A stretch of DNA of 64,000 nucleotides. Origin: Lachnospirales bacterium (GTDB lineage: Bacteria; Bacillota; Clostridia; Lachnospirales; CAMZNU01). The notes beneath the pieces are model-generated. The model ran no database searches, was not told the DNA's origin, and worked only from the letters and a program-made list of their open reading frames with translations. Position 1 is the stretch's first letter. The number at the start of each line of letters is the position of its first letter. Below, piece by piece: positions 30,322 to 40,392 of the stretch. The stretch covers positions 65,858 through 129,857 of the forward strand of contig JBKEBX010000012.1 in NCBI GenBank assembly GCA_047973385.1. The letters run 5' to 3'. A program made the translations under genes and the position numbers.

Positions 30322-30588
30322 TTAATAATTGAACATACATTTTTTTAGGTCAATATTTACTATAATTAAATCATCACCAATTTGCTCAATATCGCAAAAG
30401 GGTATTCTTATTTCTTGACTACTTCCAACAAGTCCGAAAAACTTACCACCAATGGGTATAACAATAAATTCTATTTGACCTGAATTTTTACAAAAGATTA
30501 TATCTGCAACGTTACCATAACGACTACCGTCACATATGTTTATTACTTCTTTTTCTCTAAGTTCACAAAAACTAATAATAAAAAACAC
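30322..30588 (-). CDS. YlmC/YmxH-family (PRC-barrel) sporulation protein
   Basis: ELREKEVINICDGSRYGNVADIIF...IVIP matches the YlmC/YmxH pattern. The start codon is uncertain; see findings. Confidence 0.8.
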   Translation of the reverse strand: MFFIISFCELREKEVINICDGSRYGNVADIIFCKNSGQIEFIVIPIGGKFFGLVGSSQEIRIPFCDIEQIGDDLIIVNIDLKKCMFNY

Positions 30589-30634
30589 CTCCTACCTTAT
30601 AATATAAGTGTATGGAGGTGTTTAAAATTTATAA

Positions 30635-32308
30635 CTATTTTTTTACTTTAAAAGAACTTTTTAAAGAAACTGTCTCGTTGAAAACCAGGTTATCTTTAGT
30701 AGATAATTTACAATCGTGACAATAGTAGCCGTTTCTAATAAACTGAAATCTATCTTCTAAAGAACAGTCTAAAATACTAGGTTCACATTTAGCGTTAAAT
30801 TCATAAATTGACGTTTCGTTTTTACGGTAACCACTTTCTTCATTTTCATCATCAAAAACTAAAAAATCAAACTTACGAGCTTTTGCTGAAACTGAAGTTG
30901 TTGCCTCAACCCAATGGATTGTACCTTTAACTTTACGTCCTGTGAAACCTGAGCCCGATTTTGTTTCAACATCATAAGTACAATGTACTTCTATAACATT
31001 ACCGTGTTCATCTTTAACTACATCATTGCATAAAATAAAATATGCACCTTTAAGACGAACTTCTTTACCTAAAGTTAAACGGTGGAATTTAGATGGAGCA
31101 TCTAACATAAAATCTTCTTGTTCTATATAAATTTCACGCCCAAAGGGAACTTTGCGACTGCCAAGACTTTCATCAAAGGCTGAGTTTGGTATGTCTACAT
31201 ATTCAAGTTCATTTTCAGGATAATTAGTAATTATAACTTTCAAAGGGTTTAAAACAACCATTTTAGAAAGGGATTTTTCTTTTAAATCTTCTCTTACACA
31301 ATGCTCTAAAAGTGCGTAATCAACTAAGTTGTTAGCCTTTGAGACACCAATTTTTTCACAAAAGTCATGAAGTGATTCTTTCGTGTAACCTCGTCTTCTT
31401 GCTCCTGCAATTGTTGCAAGTCTAGGGTCGTCCCAACCGTCAACAATGCCTTCTTCTACAAGTCCCTTAATATAACGTTTACCCATTATTGAATTTGCAA
31501 GTTTAAGTTTAGCAGATTCGATTTGACGTGGCTTTGATGGGAAGTTTTCACAACAGTTTTCAACAACCCAGTTATAAAGTGGTCTGTGTGCTTCGAACTC
31601 TAATGTACAAATAGAGTGAGTTACCCCCTCAATTGCATCTTGAATAGGGTGTGCAAAGTCGTACATAGGATAAATACACCATTTATCACCAGTGTTATGA
31701 TGTTCAAGGTGTGCAATTCTATAAATGATTGGGTCACGCATATTTATATTCGGGCTACTCATATCTATTTTAGCACGTAGTGTATATGCACCGTCAGGGT
31801 ATTTATCGTTTTTCATATCTTCAAAAATAGCTAAATTATCTTCAATACTCCTATCTCTATAAGGTGAATTTTTACCTGTTTCTGTAAGTGTTCCACGATA
31901 CTCACGCATTTCTTCAGGTGAAAGCTCACAAACAAAAGCAAGACCTTTTTTTATAAGAGTAACTGCACATTCGTAAGTTTGCTCAAAATAGTTTGATGCG
32001 TGTAAGGAAGTGCCAAATTCTGCACCTAACCACCTACAATCATTTTCAATAGATTCAACAAAGCGTGATTCCTCTTTTGCAGGGTTTGTATCATCAAAAC
32101 GCAGGTTGAATTTCCCACCATATTTTTTTGCAAGGTTGTAGTTTAAAAGAATATTTTTTGCATGACCTAAATGTAAATATCCACTTGGTTCAGGAGGAAA
32201 ACGTGTAATGATTTTGCATAAATCATCTTTTAAATCCTCTAAAACAAATTGTTCAATAAAGTTAATACTTTCTTTTTCTTCCATTTTATCTAATTTTTCT
32301 TCAGTCAT
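30635..32308 (-). CDS. glnS: glutamine--tRNA ligase
   Basis: [13 protein letters not shown] (HIGH) and MGKR-type (KMSKS-like) motifs; C-terminal GlnRS anticodon-binding barrels. Start moved to MTEEKL behind AAGGTAGG. Confidence 0.92.
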   Translation of the reverse strand: MTEEKLDKMEEKESINFIEQFVLEDLKDDLCKIITRFPPEPSGYLHLGHAKNILLNYNLAKKYGGKFNLRFDDTNPAKEESRFVESIENDCRWLGAEFGTSLHASNYFEQTYECAVTLIKKGLAFVCELSPEEMREYRGTLTETGKNSPYRDRSIEDNLAIFEDMKNDKYPDGAYTLRAKIDMSSPNINMRDPIIYRIAHLEHHNTGDKWCIYPMYDFAHPIQDAIEGVTHSICTLEFEAHRPLYNWVVENCCENFPSKPRQIESAKLKLANSIMGKRYIKGLVEEGIVDGWDDPRLATIAGARRRGYTKESLHDFCEKIGVSKANNLVDYALLEHCVREDLKEKSLSKMVVLNPLKVIITNYPENELEYVDIPNSAFDESLGSRKVPFGREIYIEQEDFMLDAPSKFHRLTLGKEVRLKGAYFILCNDVVKDEHGNVIEVHCTYDVETKSGSGFTGRKVKGTIHWVEATTSVSAKARKFDFLVFDDENEESGYRKNETSIYEFNAKCEPSILDCSLEDRFQFIRNGYYCHDCKLSTKDNLVFNETVSLKSSFKVKK

Positions 32309-32321
32309 ATAATTCCTACCT

Positions 32322-32540
32322 TTATTTATAATCTTTATTATAAAAAATTGTGTTACAGTTTTCGCAGTACCCATATACACAGATTTCTTTTGTATTTTGA
32401 TTTAGAATAGAAAAGTTTAAATCAATTTTTATTTCTTCTTTTGTAGCACTACATAAATGTCTTTCAAAATAGAAATTTGAGACTTTTACAATATTTGGTT
32501 TGTTACTAAATAGTTTGTTAACATTATATATTAAATCCAT
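32322..32540 (-). CDS. hypothetical small Cys-containing protein (72 aa)
   Basis: SD AGGAGC 5 nt before the ATG. Ends 13 nt before glnS. Contains C30 and CxxxxCxxC. No family recognised. Confidence 0.45.
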   Translation of the reverse strand: MDLIYNVNKLFSNKPNIVKVSNFYFERHLCSATKEEIKIDLNFSILNQNTKEICVYGYCENCNTIFYNKDYK

Positions 32541-32637
32541 AAAAAGCTCCTAAATACATTGACTTAAATCACTATTTATTGTATCATATATTATAGTATA
32601 AGTCAAAAAAGTTTTGACGATTAAAGAGGTAAAAATA

Positions 32638-33099
32638 ATGATTGTCTTTAAAGTTTTAGATGAAGATGTAAAAAGTTTTATGAATGAAATATATAGAGGT
32701 GAAGCTTTTTCAAAAATGCCAGTAAGATATTTTGAAGTTGATACATATATAAAATATAAAATTGATGGATATCTTGATAAAAATTATATAGAAAGTGATG
32801 AAGATTTTATTTTATGGGAGGAGGTTTTACCTTTCGCACTAAGTGCTTTAAAACTTAAAAATCTAAAACCAAAATCTGTTAAACTAGAGTTTTGCATGAG
32901 TAATGATTTAGTTAAAATAAATGACGAAGTGAAAAGCTTTCTTTTATATATGCAATATGACAATGAGGGAGTTCAACTTCAAAGTAATGTAGTTTTAAAA
33001 GAGTTTTCCCTAAATAAACATTATATAGATGAGTGGAATGAGTTTTTACTCAAATTTTTCAAAAAGTACAGTATACCAATTGTTACAGAAGAGATATAG
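32638..33099 (+). CDS. hypothetical protein (153 aa)
   Basis: ATG behind AAAGAGG. No motif recognised. Confidence 0.55.
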   Translation: MIVFKVLDEDVKSFMNEIYRGEAFSKMPVRYFEVDTYIKYKIDGYLDKNYIESDEDFILWEEVLPFALSALKLKNLKPKSVKLEFCMSNDLVKINDEVKSFLLYMQYDNEGVQLQSNVVLKEFSLNKHYIDEWNEFLLKFFKKYSIPIVTEEI

Positions 33100-33122
33100 A
33101 TGAAATCGTAGGAGGATTTTAA

Positions 33123-34799
33123 ATGAAGTCGGATATTGAAATAGCAAGAGAAGCTGAACTTGAGAACATTTATAAGATTGCCGAAAAGCTAAACATTAAT
33201 GAAGAATACGTTGAGCCATATGGTAAACATAAGGCTAAAATTGATTTGAAGATAATGGAAAGCTTAAAAGATGACAGTGAAAAGAAATTAGTTCTAGTTA
33301 CTGCAATTTCACCTACTCCAGCAGGTGAGGGAAAAACTACAACAACAGTTGGTCTAGGTGATGCACTTAATAAACTTGGTGAAAAAGTTGCCATTTGTTT
33401 GCGTGAACCGTCTGTTGGGCCAATTTTTGGCGTTAAAGGTGGAGCTGCAGGTGGAGGATATGCTCAAGTTGTTCCTATGGAAGAAATAAATTTGCATTTT
33501 ACAGGTGATATACATGCTATAACAGCTGCAAACAATTTAATTGCTGCTATGCTTGATAATCATATTTACCAAGGTAATGACTTAAATATTGACCCAAGAC
33601 GTATAACGTGGAAACGTTCAATTGATATGAATGATAGACAACTTAGAAACATTGTTTCAGGGTTAAGTGGAAGAACTAACGGTGTTCCACGAGAAGATGG
33701 CTTTAACATTGCTGTTGCATCAGAAATTATGGCGATTTTTTGCTTATCTAATAATCTAACGGAACTTAAAGATAGAGTTAGTAAAACTATTATAGCTTAT
33801 ACTTATGAAAATAAACCAGTTTATGTAAGTGATATAAAGGCACAAGGTGCAGTTGTTACACTTCTAAAAGACGCTTTCAACCCTAATTTAGTTCAAACTT
33901 TAGAGGGTACACCAACATTTATACATGGTGGGCCATTTGCTAACATTGCTCATGGTTGCAACTCACTTATAGCGACAAAACTTGCTAGAGGCTTATCGGA
34001 TATTGTTGTTACAGAGGCAGGGTTTGGTGCTGATTTAGGAGCAGAAAAGTTTATAAATATAAAATGCAGAAAATCAGGTCTATCTCCAAACGCAGTTGTT
34101 TTAGTTGCAACTATACGTGCTTTAAAATACCAAGGTGGAGAAAGCTTAGACAAGCTTAACCAAGAAAACCTTGATGCTCTAAAAAATGGTTGCAAAAACT
34201 TATGCCGTCATATAGAGAACATTAAAAATGGTTTCAATTTACCTGTTATTGTTGCACTTAATAGCTTTTTAAGTGATACGGATAACGAGTTTAAAGTTAT
34301 TGAGGAAGTTTGTAGCGAAATTGGTGTAGATGTTGTAAAATCAACTGTTTTTAGTGAAGGTAGTGTAGGCGGTATGGAACTTGCTAAAAAAGTTGTAGAA
34401 ACAGTAAATGCTGAAAAAGCACCTTTAATGAAATTTAGCTATGATGATGATATGCCTTTAAAAGAAAAAATCAAAAGTGTAGCATCTAGTGTATATAGAG
34501 CGAATAATGTTAAGTTTGCCGCCGGTACTATAACTAAGCTGAAATCCTTTGAAAAACTTGGATATGGCGATTTACCTGTTTGTATAGCTAAAACACAATA
34601 CTCTTTTTCTGACAACCCTAAAAAACTTGGTGCAACAGAAGACTTTGATATAACTATAAATAATGTTGAGTTAAATTCAGGTGCAGGTTTCATTGTATGT
34701 AGTGCAGGGAATATTATGCGTATGCCAGGGCTTCCTAAAGTTCCTTCAGCTGAAAAAATTGATGTAGATGAAAATGGTTTGATTGTTGGACTATCGTAA
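33123..34799 (+). CDS. fhs: formate--tetrahydrofolate ligase
   Basis: [15 protein letters not shown]-loop and overall FTHFS pattern, 558 aa. Confidence 0.96.
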   Translation: MKSDIEIAREAELENIYKIAEKLNINEEYVEPYGKHKAKIDLKIMESLKDDSEKKLVLVTAISPTPAGEGKTTTTVGLGDALNKLGEKVAICLREPSVGPIFGVKGGAAGGGYAQVVPMEEINLHFTGDIHAITAANNLIAAMLDNHIYQGNDLNIDPRRITWKRSIDMNDRQLRNIVSGLSGRTNGVPREDGFNIAVASEIMAIFCLSNNLTELKDRVSKTIIAYTYENKPVYVSDIKAQGAVVTLLKDAFNPNLVQTLEGTPTFIHGGPFANIAHGCNSLIATKLARGLSDIVVTEAGFGADLGAEKFINIKCRKSGLSPNAVVLVATIRALKYQGGESLDKLNQENLDALKNGCKNLCRHIENIKNGFNLPVIVALNSFLSDTDNEFKVIEEVCSEIGVDVVKSTVFSEGSVGGMELAKKVVETVNAEKAPLMKFSYDDDMPLKEKIKSVASSVYRANNVKFAAGTITKLKSFEKLGYGDLPVCIAKTQYSFSDNPKKLGATEDFDITINNVELNSGAGFIVCSAGNIMRMPGLPKVPSAEKIDVDENGLIVGLS

Positions 34800-34819
34800 A
34801 ACCTATAAAAACATAATTA

Positions 34820-34846
34820 TTAGCACTCATTTTAAATGAGTGCTAA
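34820..34846 (+). promoter_or_regulatory. second perfect CIRCE element, between fhs and htpG
   Basis: TTAGCACTC-attttaaat-GAGTGCTAA followed by TTTTTT. Confidence 0.9.
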
Positions 34847-34853
34847 TTTTTTG

Positions 34854-34882
34854 TTGACTTTTTCTATGTTTTAGTTTAAAAT
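34854..34882 (+). promoter_or_regulatory. putative sigmaA promoter of htpG
   Basis: TTGACT, 17-nt spacer, TAAAAT, starting 8 nt after CIRCE. Confidence 0.5.
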
Positions 34883-34938
34883 ATTATTGTAAGCAAAAAA
34901 ATTATAAAAATTATTAAAAATTTATTTGGAGGTTTCTT

Positions 34939-36795
34939 ATGGAAAAAGGAAATTTGTCGATTAATAGTGAAAATATTTTACCTATTATTAAGAAGTGGTT
35001 ATACTCTGATACAGATATTTTTGTGCGTGAGCTTGTATCAAATGCATCAGATGCTATTACAAAACTTAAAAAGTTAAATCAACTTGGTGATGTAAATTTA
35101 GGTGATGAAGACTTTCGTATTGATGTAAAAGTTGACAAAGAAAACAAGAAAATATATGTAGAAGATAACGGAATTGGTTTAACGGCTGAAGAAGTTAAAA
35201 AATATATAAATGATATTGCGTTTTCAGGAGCAACGGATTTTGTAAATAAGTTGAATTTAGAAGGTGAAAACAAGGAAGATATGACAGATATTATTGGTCA
35301 TTTTGGACTTGGGTTCTACTCATCTTTTATGGTTGCAGATGTTGTTGAAATCGAAAGTTTAAGCTATGAAGAGAGTGCAACGCCTATTCATTGGAAATGT
35401 GACGGTGGTATAGAGTTTGAACTTGAAGAAGGAACTCGTACAACTCGTGGTACAACAATTGTGTTAAATGTAAGTGATGATAGATTAGACTTTTTAGAGA
35501 GTTACAAAGTAAGTAGTATAATTGAAAAATATTGTGGGTTCATACCTAATGATGTGTATTTTACGGATTTGAATAAAGAACCAGAAGTAAACGAAGATGG
35601 TGAAGTAGTTGTTGAGGAAGAAAAGCCTATTAACAATAAGTTTCCTCTTTATTTAAAAAATCCTAATGAATGTACAGAAGAAGAATATAAAGAGTTTTAT
35701 AACAAAACTTTTATGGACTTTAATGAGCCGTTGTTTCATATTCATTTAAATATGGATTACCCATTTAGATTAAAAGGTATTTTATATTTCCCTAAGTTAA
35801 AACATGAACTTGAAAGTATTGAGGGACAAGTTAAGTTGTATAACAATCAAGTGTTTATAGCTGATAACATCAAAGAAGTTATACCTGAATATTTGTTGTT
35901 ACTTAAAGGTGTAATAGATTGTCCAGATTTACCTCTTAACGTATCAAGAAGTTTCTTGCAAAATGACGGATATGTAACGAAAATGAGTGATTATATAACT
36001 AAAAAAGTTGCTGATAAGTTAAAGTCTATTTTTAAAAGCGAACGTGAACAATATAATAAATATTGGGATGATATAAATCAGTTTATTAAATATGGCTGTA
36101 TACGTGATTCTAAATTCTATGAAAAAATGGAAGATTATTTAGTTTTTAAATCAACAAAGGGCGAGTATTTAACAATTTCTGAATACTTAGATAATAACAC
36201 TCATAAAACAACTGGAACAATTTTCTATACGGACAACCCTAATACACAGGCTCAATATGTAAAGATGTTTACAGATAATGAGATAGATGTAGCTGTACTT
36301 GAAACTAAGCTTGATGGGCCTTTTATGTCATATATAGAATCTAATAAAAGTGATGTTAAGTTTGGTAGAATAGATAGTGAAGTTTCTGATGTGTTTAAAG
36401 GTGATGAAGAAGTTGAAAATGCAACTGAGATTGAAGAAGTGTTTAAATCAGCTTTAAGTGATGATAGTCTTTCTATAAAAATTGAAAATTTAAAAGACGA
36501 GAAGATAACATCTATGTTACTTTTATCTGAACAAAGTCGTCGTATGGAAGAAATGATGAAGATGTATGGTGGTAGCTTTATGGGTATGGGAGATATGCCA
36601 AAGGATGAAACTCTTGTTTTAAACGGTAACTCTACAATTGTGAAAAAGCTAATAAGTAGTGAAGATAAAGACACTCAAAATTTAATTTGTAAATATTTAT
36701 ATGACCTTGCAAAAATTAGCCATAAGCCTTTAACTTCTGAGGAAATGAACGAGTTTTTAACAAGAAGCAATGATATTTTAACAAAAATTTTATAA
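34939..36795 (+). CDS. htpG: molecular chaperone HtpG (Hsp90)
   Basis: LYSDTDIFVRELVSNASDA, GHFGLGFYS, 618 aa. Confidence 0.96.
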   Translation: MEKGNLSINSENILPIIKKWLYSDTDIFVRELVSNASDAITKLKKLNQLGDVNLGDEDFRIDVKVDKENKKIYVEDNGIGLTAEEVKKYINDIAFSGATDFVNKLNLEGENKEDMTDIIGHFGLGFYSSFMVADVVEIESLSYEESATPIHWKCDGGIEFELEEGTRTTRGTTIVLNVSDDRLDFLESYKVSSIIEKYCGFIPNDVYFTDLNKEPEVNEDGEVVVEEEKPINNKFPLYLKNPNECTEEEYKEFYNKTFMDFNEPLFHIHLNMDYPFRLKGILYFPKLKHELESIEGQVKLYNNQVFIADNIKEVIPEYLLLLKGVIDCPDLPLNVSRSFLQNDGYVTKMSDYITKKVADKLKSIFKSEREQYNKYWDDINQFIKYGCIRDSKFYEKMEDYLVFKSTKGEYLTISEYLDNNTHKTTGTIFYTDNPNTQAQYVKMFTDNEIDVAVLETKLDGPFMSYIESNKSDVKFGRIDSEVSDVFKGDEEVENATEIEEVFKSALSDDSLSIKIENLKDEKITSMLLLSEQSRRMEEMMKMYGGSFMGMGDMPKDETLVLNGNSTIVKKLISSEDKDTQNLICKYLYDLAKISHKPLTSEEMNEFLTRSNDILTKIL

Positions 36796-36804
36796 TATTT
36801 CTAG

Positions 36805-36845
36805 CCCCTTTGAATACAATATAAAAAGTATTTAAAGGGGTTTTT
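36805..36845 (+). terminator. htpG terminator hairpin whose 3' arm is the SD of the next ORF
   Basis: cccctttgaatac...gtatttaaagggg plus TTTTT, then ATG at 36846. Confidence 0.65.
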
Positions 36846-38069
36846 ATGTACACTTCATATGTTATACATACTGATAAAGGTTTGATTTCCTATTACACAC
36901 AAAATAATATATTATACAAAAGAGTTTATTTTAAAGGGAAATGGTCAAACTCATCTGTTATTCAAACAGGTGTAAGACAGTTTTTTTCACTAAATATAAT
37001 TGAGTCAGAAAAGATATTAATATTCACTCATAGTATAAAAAATATTGTACATTTTCTATATGAAGATGAAGATAGAGAATTTAAAAACAAGCCAATTTTA
37101 GAAGCTAATAATTTACAAAAAAATCCATACTTCTTTTGTATGATAGATGGAAATTTGTTTACAATTATTTATGCTTATCAAATTGAAAAATATAAATTTA
37201 ATATTGAAAAAATGGTACTAGAAGATGGAGTTTGGTCGGATAGTGTTTTTATAGATACGGTATACTCAACAAATGGTGTACCTTTTTACACTGTTAAAAT
37301 ATCACTTAACCATTATATGTTATTTTATGATACTGTTCAAAATAGCTTGAATTTATGTTATAGAGAAATTACTCCAAACAAGATTTCAGAAAAAACAGTT
37401 TACCATACAACCACATACGGTTTAATTGATAAAACTTTTTTAGTAACAAAAAATAGTATTTATACTGCATTTTTACAAAAATCTCTATTTTCATATCAAC
37501 TTATGTTTAGACAAAAAAGCAGAAATGGTACAAATAATGTAAAAGTTGTAGTTGAGGGGACTAAACTGAAAAATATTTTCATGTTTTTTTATGATGAGTT
37601 TATATACATTTTTTATAGCTACGGCGATGAATTCTTTTATGTTTATGGTAAAGAAGATAATGATGTTTTTTTCTCGAAACCACATAAATTATTAAGTAAA
37701 TTCAATATAAAAAATAATATAAAAAAGATTTGTATTTTAAATAAAGATCGAGAATATAACCAGATGCTTGCAGATGAAAAAAGTCCATATCAACCTATTG
37801 TCATAAACAGTATTAACCCATTTTTTCAAGATGTTCCTTATAGAAAAGTGGAAAATACTGAAAAGGACATAGATGAAAAAGTAGTTGAAGAGGTGAAGAA
37901 AGAAAATGATGAGAAAGTTAAAAAAGAAAAACTGAAATCAGATTCTTTGTTTGAACAAATAAACCAACTTAAAACTGAAATTTATTTAAAAAATAATGAA
38001 ATAGCTGAAATGAGAACTTATATTTCTGAAATGGAGAGTAAAGAAGATATGGCAACACCTAAAGATTAA
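36846..38069 (+). CDS. hypothetical protein with aromatic-rich beta-repeat-like N-terminal ~330 aa and a K/E-rich coiled-coil tail
   Basis: 407-aa ORF. Recurrent YxxxxxL(Y/F) strand-like segments. The C-terminal EKVVEEVKKENDEKVKKEKLK...QLKTEIYLKNNEIAEMR looks like a coiled coil. Confidence 0.55.
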   Translation: MYTSYVIHTDKGLISYYTQNNILYKRVYFKGKWSNSSVIQTGVRQFFSLNIIESEKILIFTHSIKNIVHFLYEDEDREFKNKPILEANNLQKNPYFFCMIDGNLFTIIYAYQIEKYKFNIEKMVLEDGVWSDSVFIDTVYSTNGVPFYTVKISLNHYMLFYDTVQNSLNLCYREITPNKISEKTVYHTTTYGLIDKTFLVTKNSIYTAFLQKSLFSYQLMFRQKSRNGTNNVKVVVEGTKLKNIFMFFYDEFIYIFYSYGDEFFYVYGKEDNDVFFSKPHKLLSKFNIKNNIKKICILNKDREYNQMLADEKSPYQPIVINSINPFFQDVPYRKVENTEKDIDEKVVEEVKKENDEKVKKEKLKSDSLFEQINQLKTEIYLKNNEIAEMRTYISEMESKEDMATPKD

Positions 38070-38073
38070 AATA

Positions 38074-38135
38074 ATGGCAAATTATAAAAGGGCAACGGTG
38101 CCAAATTACTTTTTCTAGATTTTACAATTAGCCAT
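38074..38135 (+). repeat. possible degenerate minimal copy of the repeat family
   Basis: ATGGCAAATTATAA...TTACAATTAGCCAT; only the termini resemble the family TIRs. Confidence 0.3.
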
Positions 38136-38142
38136 ATAAAAT

Positions 38143-38167
38143 AAAAAAATGCCATAGGCATTTTTTT
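38143..38167. terminator. bidirectional terminator
   Basis: aaaaaaatgcc-ata-ggcattttttt. Confidence 0.85.
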
Positions 38168-38170
38168 ATT

Positions 38171-39052
38171 TTAAGTATATTTTTCTAACACATTTATAAA
38201 CTTATCTATACTTGTATTATCTGTTTGTCTATATGCACATATAACTTTGAAAAAATCTTTATATTCATCTATTTTTACAAATTTTACATTTTCCGTTGCA
38301 AAATGTTGCATATGACTTGCGAGTAAGGTTATACCTACTTTACATTCAACCATCATAAGCATATTAAACAAAGTATTTGCTTTATATTCAACTTTTGGGC
38401 TGAAACCATTTTCTAAACAAATATTATTGATTAGATTATAGTCGTGATAAGATTTTTTAGGGTTGATTTGCACAAAGGGTTCATCTTCAATTTCTAAAAT
38501 AGAAATAGAATCAAACTTTGCAAGTGGATGACTTTTATGTACAGCAACGCACATATCATCATAAAAAAAGTGTTTTCTTAAAAGATTAGGTATGTTAGGC
38601 AACTCACTATCAGGTAATATAGCTATATCAACTTCTTTTTCATGAAGTGCATTTATAAGGGGCGAATATGAAAAATCAAACAAATCAACTTTTATATTTG
38701 GATATAAATCGTTAAACTTATTAATTATTTCAGGCAAAGTTCTTATAACGGCTGTACCTAAAAAACCGATTTTTACATTACCAGTTATACCAGTACCCAT
38801 ATCTTGAGTCATTTTTATGGCTTCTTTGTATTTTTGAATAATTTTTATTGCTTCATTATAAAAAACTTTACCTGCATTTGTAAGCTGAACATCTCGTTTA
38901 GTTCTAATAAACAATTTACAACCTAAATTTTGTTCAATATTCACAATTGCCTTACTTAAGTTAGGTTGTGTAATATGTAATTTCTCTGAGGCTTTTGTGA
39001 AACTTAGTGTTTCTGCTAATGTTACAAAGTACTCTAATTGTGCAATATTCAA
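38171..39052 (-). CDS. LysR-family transcriptional regulator
   Basis: NIAQLEYFVTLAETLSFTKASEKLHITQPNLSKAI HTH. TTG start 6 nt after GGGAGG. Divergent from the catabolic cluster. Confidence 0.9.
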   Translation of the reverse strand: MNIAQLEYFVTLAETLSFTKASEKLHITQPNLSKAIVNIEQNLGCKLFIRTKRDVQLTNAGKVFYNEAIKIIQKYKEAIKMTQDMGTGITGNVKIGFLGTAVIRTLPEIINKFNDLYPNIKVDLFDFSYSPLINALHEKEVDIAILPDSELPNIPNLLRKHFFYDDMCVAVHKSHPLAKFDSISILEIEDEPFVQINPKKSYHDYNLINNICLENGFSPKVEYKANTLFNMLMMVECKVGITLLASHMQHFATENVKFVKIDEYKDFFKVICAYRQTDNTSIDKFINVLEKYT

Positions 39053-39066
39053 CTTATACCTCCCGT

Positions 39067-39081
39067 TTATTACTGTAATAA
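39067..39081. promoter_or_regulatory. 15-bp perfect palindrome with a T-N11-A core (candidate LysR box)
   Basis: TTATTAC-T-GTAATAA, in the divergent intergenic region. Confidence 0.4.
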
Positions 39082-39237
39082 GTATTATGAATTTCACTTT
39101 AAAATTAATAAATGTTACAATAAATATATAATAATTATACAACAATGTTAATTAAGTGTCACTACTTTTTGAGAAAAAAGTTTTTTTTATACTTGTTGTT
39201 TGATATTTTTTTGACAAAAAATAGTAGGAGGTTTGTT

Positions 39238-39585
39238 ATGATTAAACGTACTTTAGAGGAGTTACAAGCGTATGATGCACCGGGGCATTATAAAATGACG
39301 GCTATGCGTTTGCATGGTAAAGAAGAAACAGGAGCAGAAAAGTTTTGGGTTGGTTTATCAACATTTTTACCAGGTGGTGGAGCAGAGTATGCATATGAAG
39401 ATAACCCACTTGAAAAATTTTACTATGTTTTAGAAGGTGAAATAACTGTAAAAGAAAAAGATGGTACAGTGCATGTTGTTGGCAAAGGAGAAAGTATTTC
39501 ATTTAAGCCAAATGAAGGGCGTTATTTAGATAACTTAACAAACGCACCTGTTCAAATGCTTGTTGTTATCAACTATCCAGAGTAG
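39238..39585 (+). CDS. cupin-domain protein (115 aa)
   Basis: Start at MIKRTL behind GTAGGAGG. Small beta-barrel pattern G..YYVLEGEITV....G. Confidence 0.65.
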   Translation: MIKRTLEELQAYDAPGHYKMTAMRLHGKEETGAEKFWVGLSTFLPGGGAEYAYEDNPLEKFYYVLEGEITVKEKDGTVHVVGKGESISFKPNEGRYLDNLTNAPVQMLVVINYPE

Positions 39586-39599
39586 GAGGATTTTTATAA

Positions 39600-40391
39600 A
39601 TGATTAAGTTAGAAAAAGAATTCGTGAGTAAAATGTTTAATCTTGAAAATAAAGTTGCTATCGTTACAGGTGCAACGGGTGCGTTAGGCTCGGCAGTTGC
39701 TAAGGCTTACGGATATCAAGGTGCAAAAGTTGTTCTAACAGCAAGAAATGAAGAAAAACTTAAGGCTTTAGCCGAGGAGTTTAAAGGTGAAAGTATCGAG
39801 TGTAGCTATGTTGTAGCTGATCCAGGTGTTGAGGCTGATGCAAAAAAACTTATAGATGAAGCTATAAAACTTTATGGCGAACTTAATATATTAACTTTAT
39901 GTCATGGGTACAATGCTCCAAAGGGAATTTTAGATCAAAGCGTTGAAGAATGGCAGAAGATTATGGATGCAGACCTTAAAAGCGTGTACCTTGTAACGAA
40001 ATTTGGTGCTGAGAAAATGGTAGAGCAAAGTAAGGGTGGTAAAATCCTTATAACTTCATCTGCTAGAAGTAAAATGGGTATGAAAGGTTATACTGGTTAT
40101 TGTGCTTCAAAAGGTGGTTGTGATATCATGGCTCAATCAATGGCTTGTGACCTTGCACCACATGGAATAAATGTTAACACGATTAACCCTACTGTTTTCC
40201 GTTCAGACTTAACAGAGTGGATGTTTGATGAAACATCAGCAGTTTACCAAAATTTCTTAAAGAGATTACCGATTGGTAGACTTGGTGAAGTACAAGATTT
40301 TGTTGGTCTTGCAACTTTCTTAGTTTCTGATGCTTCAAATTTCTTAACAGGTGCAAACTATGACGCAACTGGTGGGTACTGGGGGAACTAA
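39600..40391 (+). CDS. SDR-family oxidoreductase (gluconate-5-dehydrogenase/KduD-like)
   Basis: TGATGALG cofactor motif and YCASK catalytic motif. Confidence 0.85.
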   Translation: MIKLEKEFVSKMFNLENKVAIVTGATGALGSAVAKAYGYQGAKVVLTARNEEKLKALAEEFKGESIECSYVVADPGVEADAKKLIDEAIKLYGELNILTLCHGYNAPKGILDQSVEEWQKIMDADLKSVYLVTKFGAEKMVEQSKGGKILITSSARSKMGMKGYTGYCASKGGCDIMAQSMACDLAPHGINVNTINPTVFRSDLTEWMFDETSAVYQNFLKRLPIGRLGEVQDFVGLATFLVSDASNFLTGANYDATGGYWGN

Positions 40392-40392
40392 T

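Noticed and set aside
38171-39585. Long N-terminal extensions in the ORF track (LysR 324 aa, cupin 146 aa). Similar extensions occur for glnS, HADH, CoA-transferase A, msrA, pnp, glcK and the AKR.
   Set aside because: The extensions are hydrophobic or low-complexity read-through of AT-rich upstream DNA. Each gene has an internal start with a good SD at the position where family homology begins.
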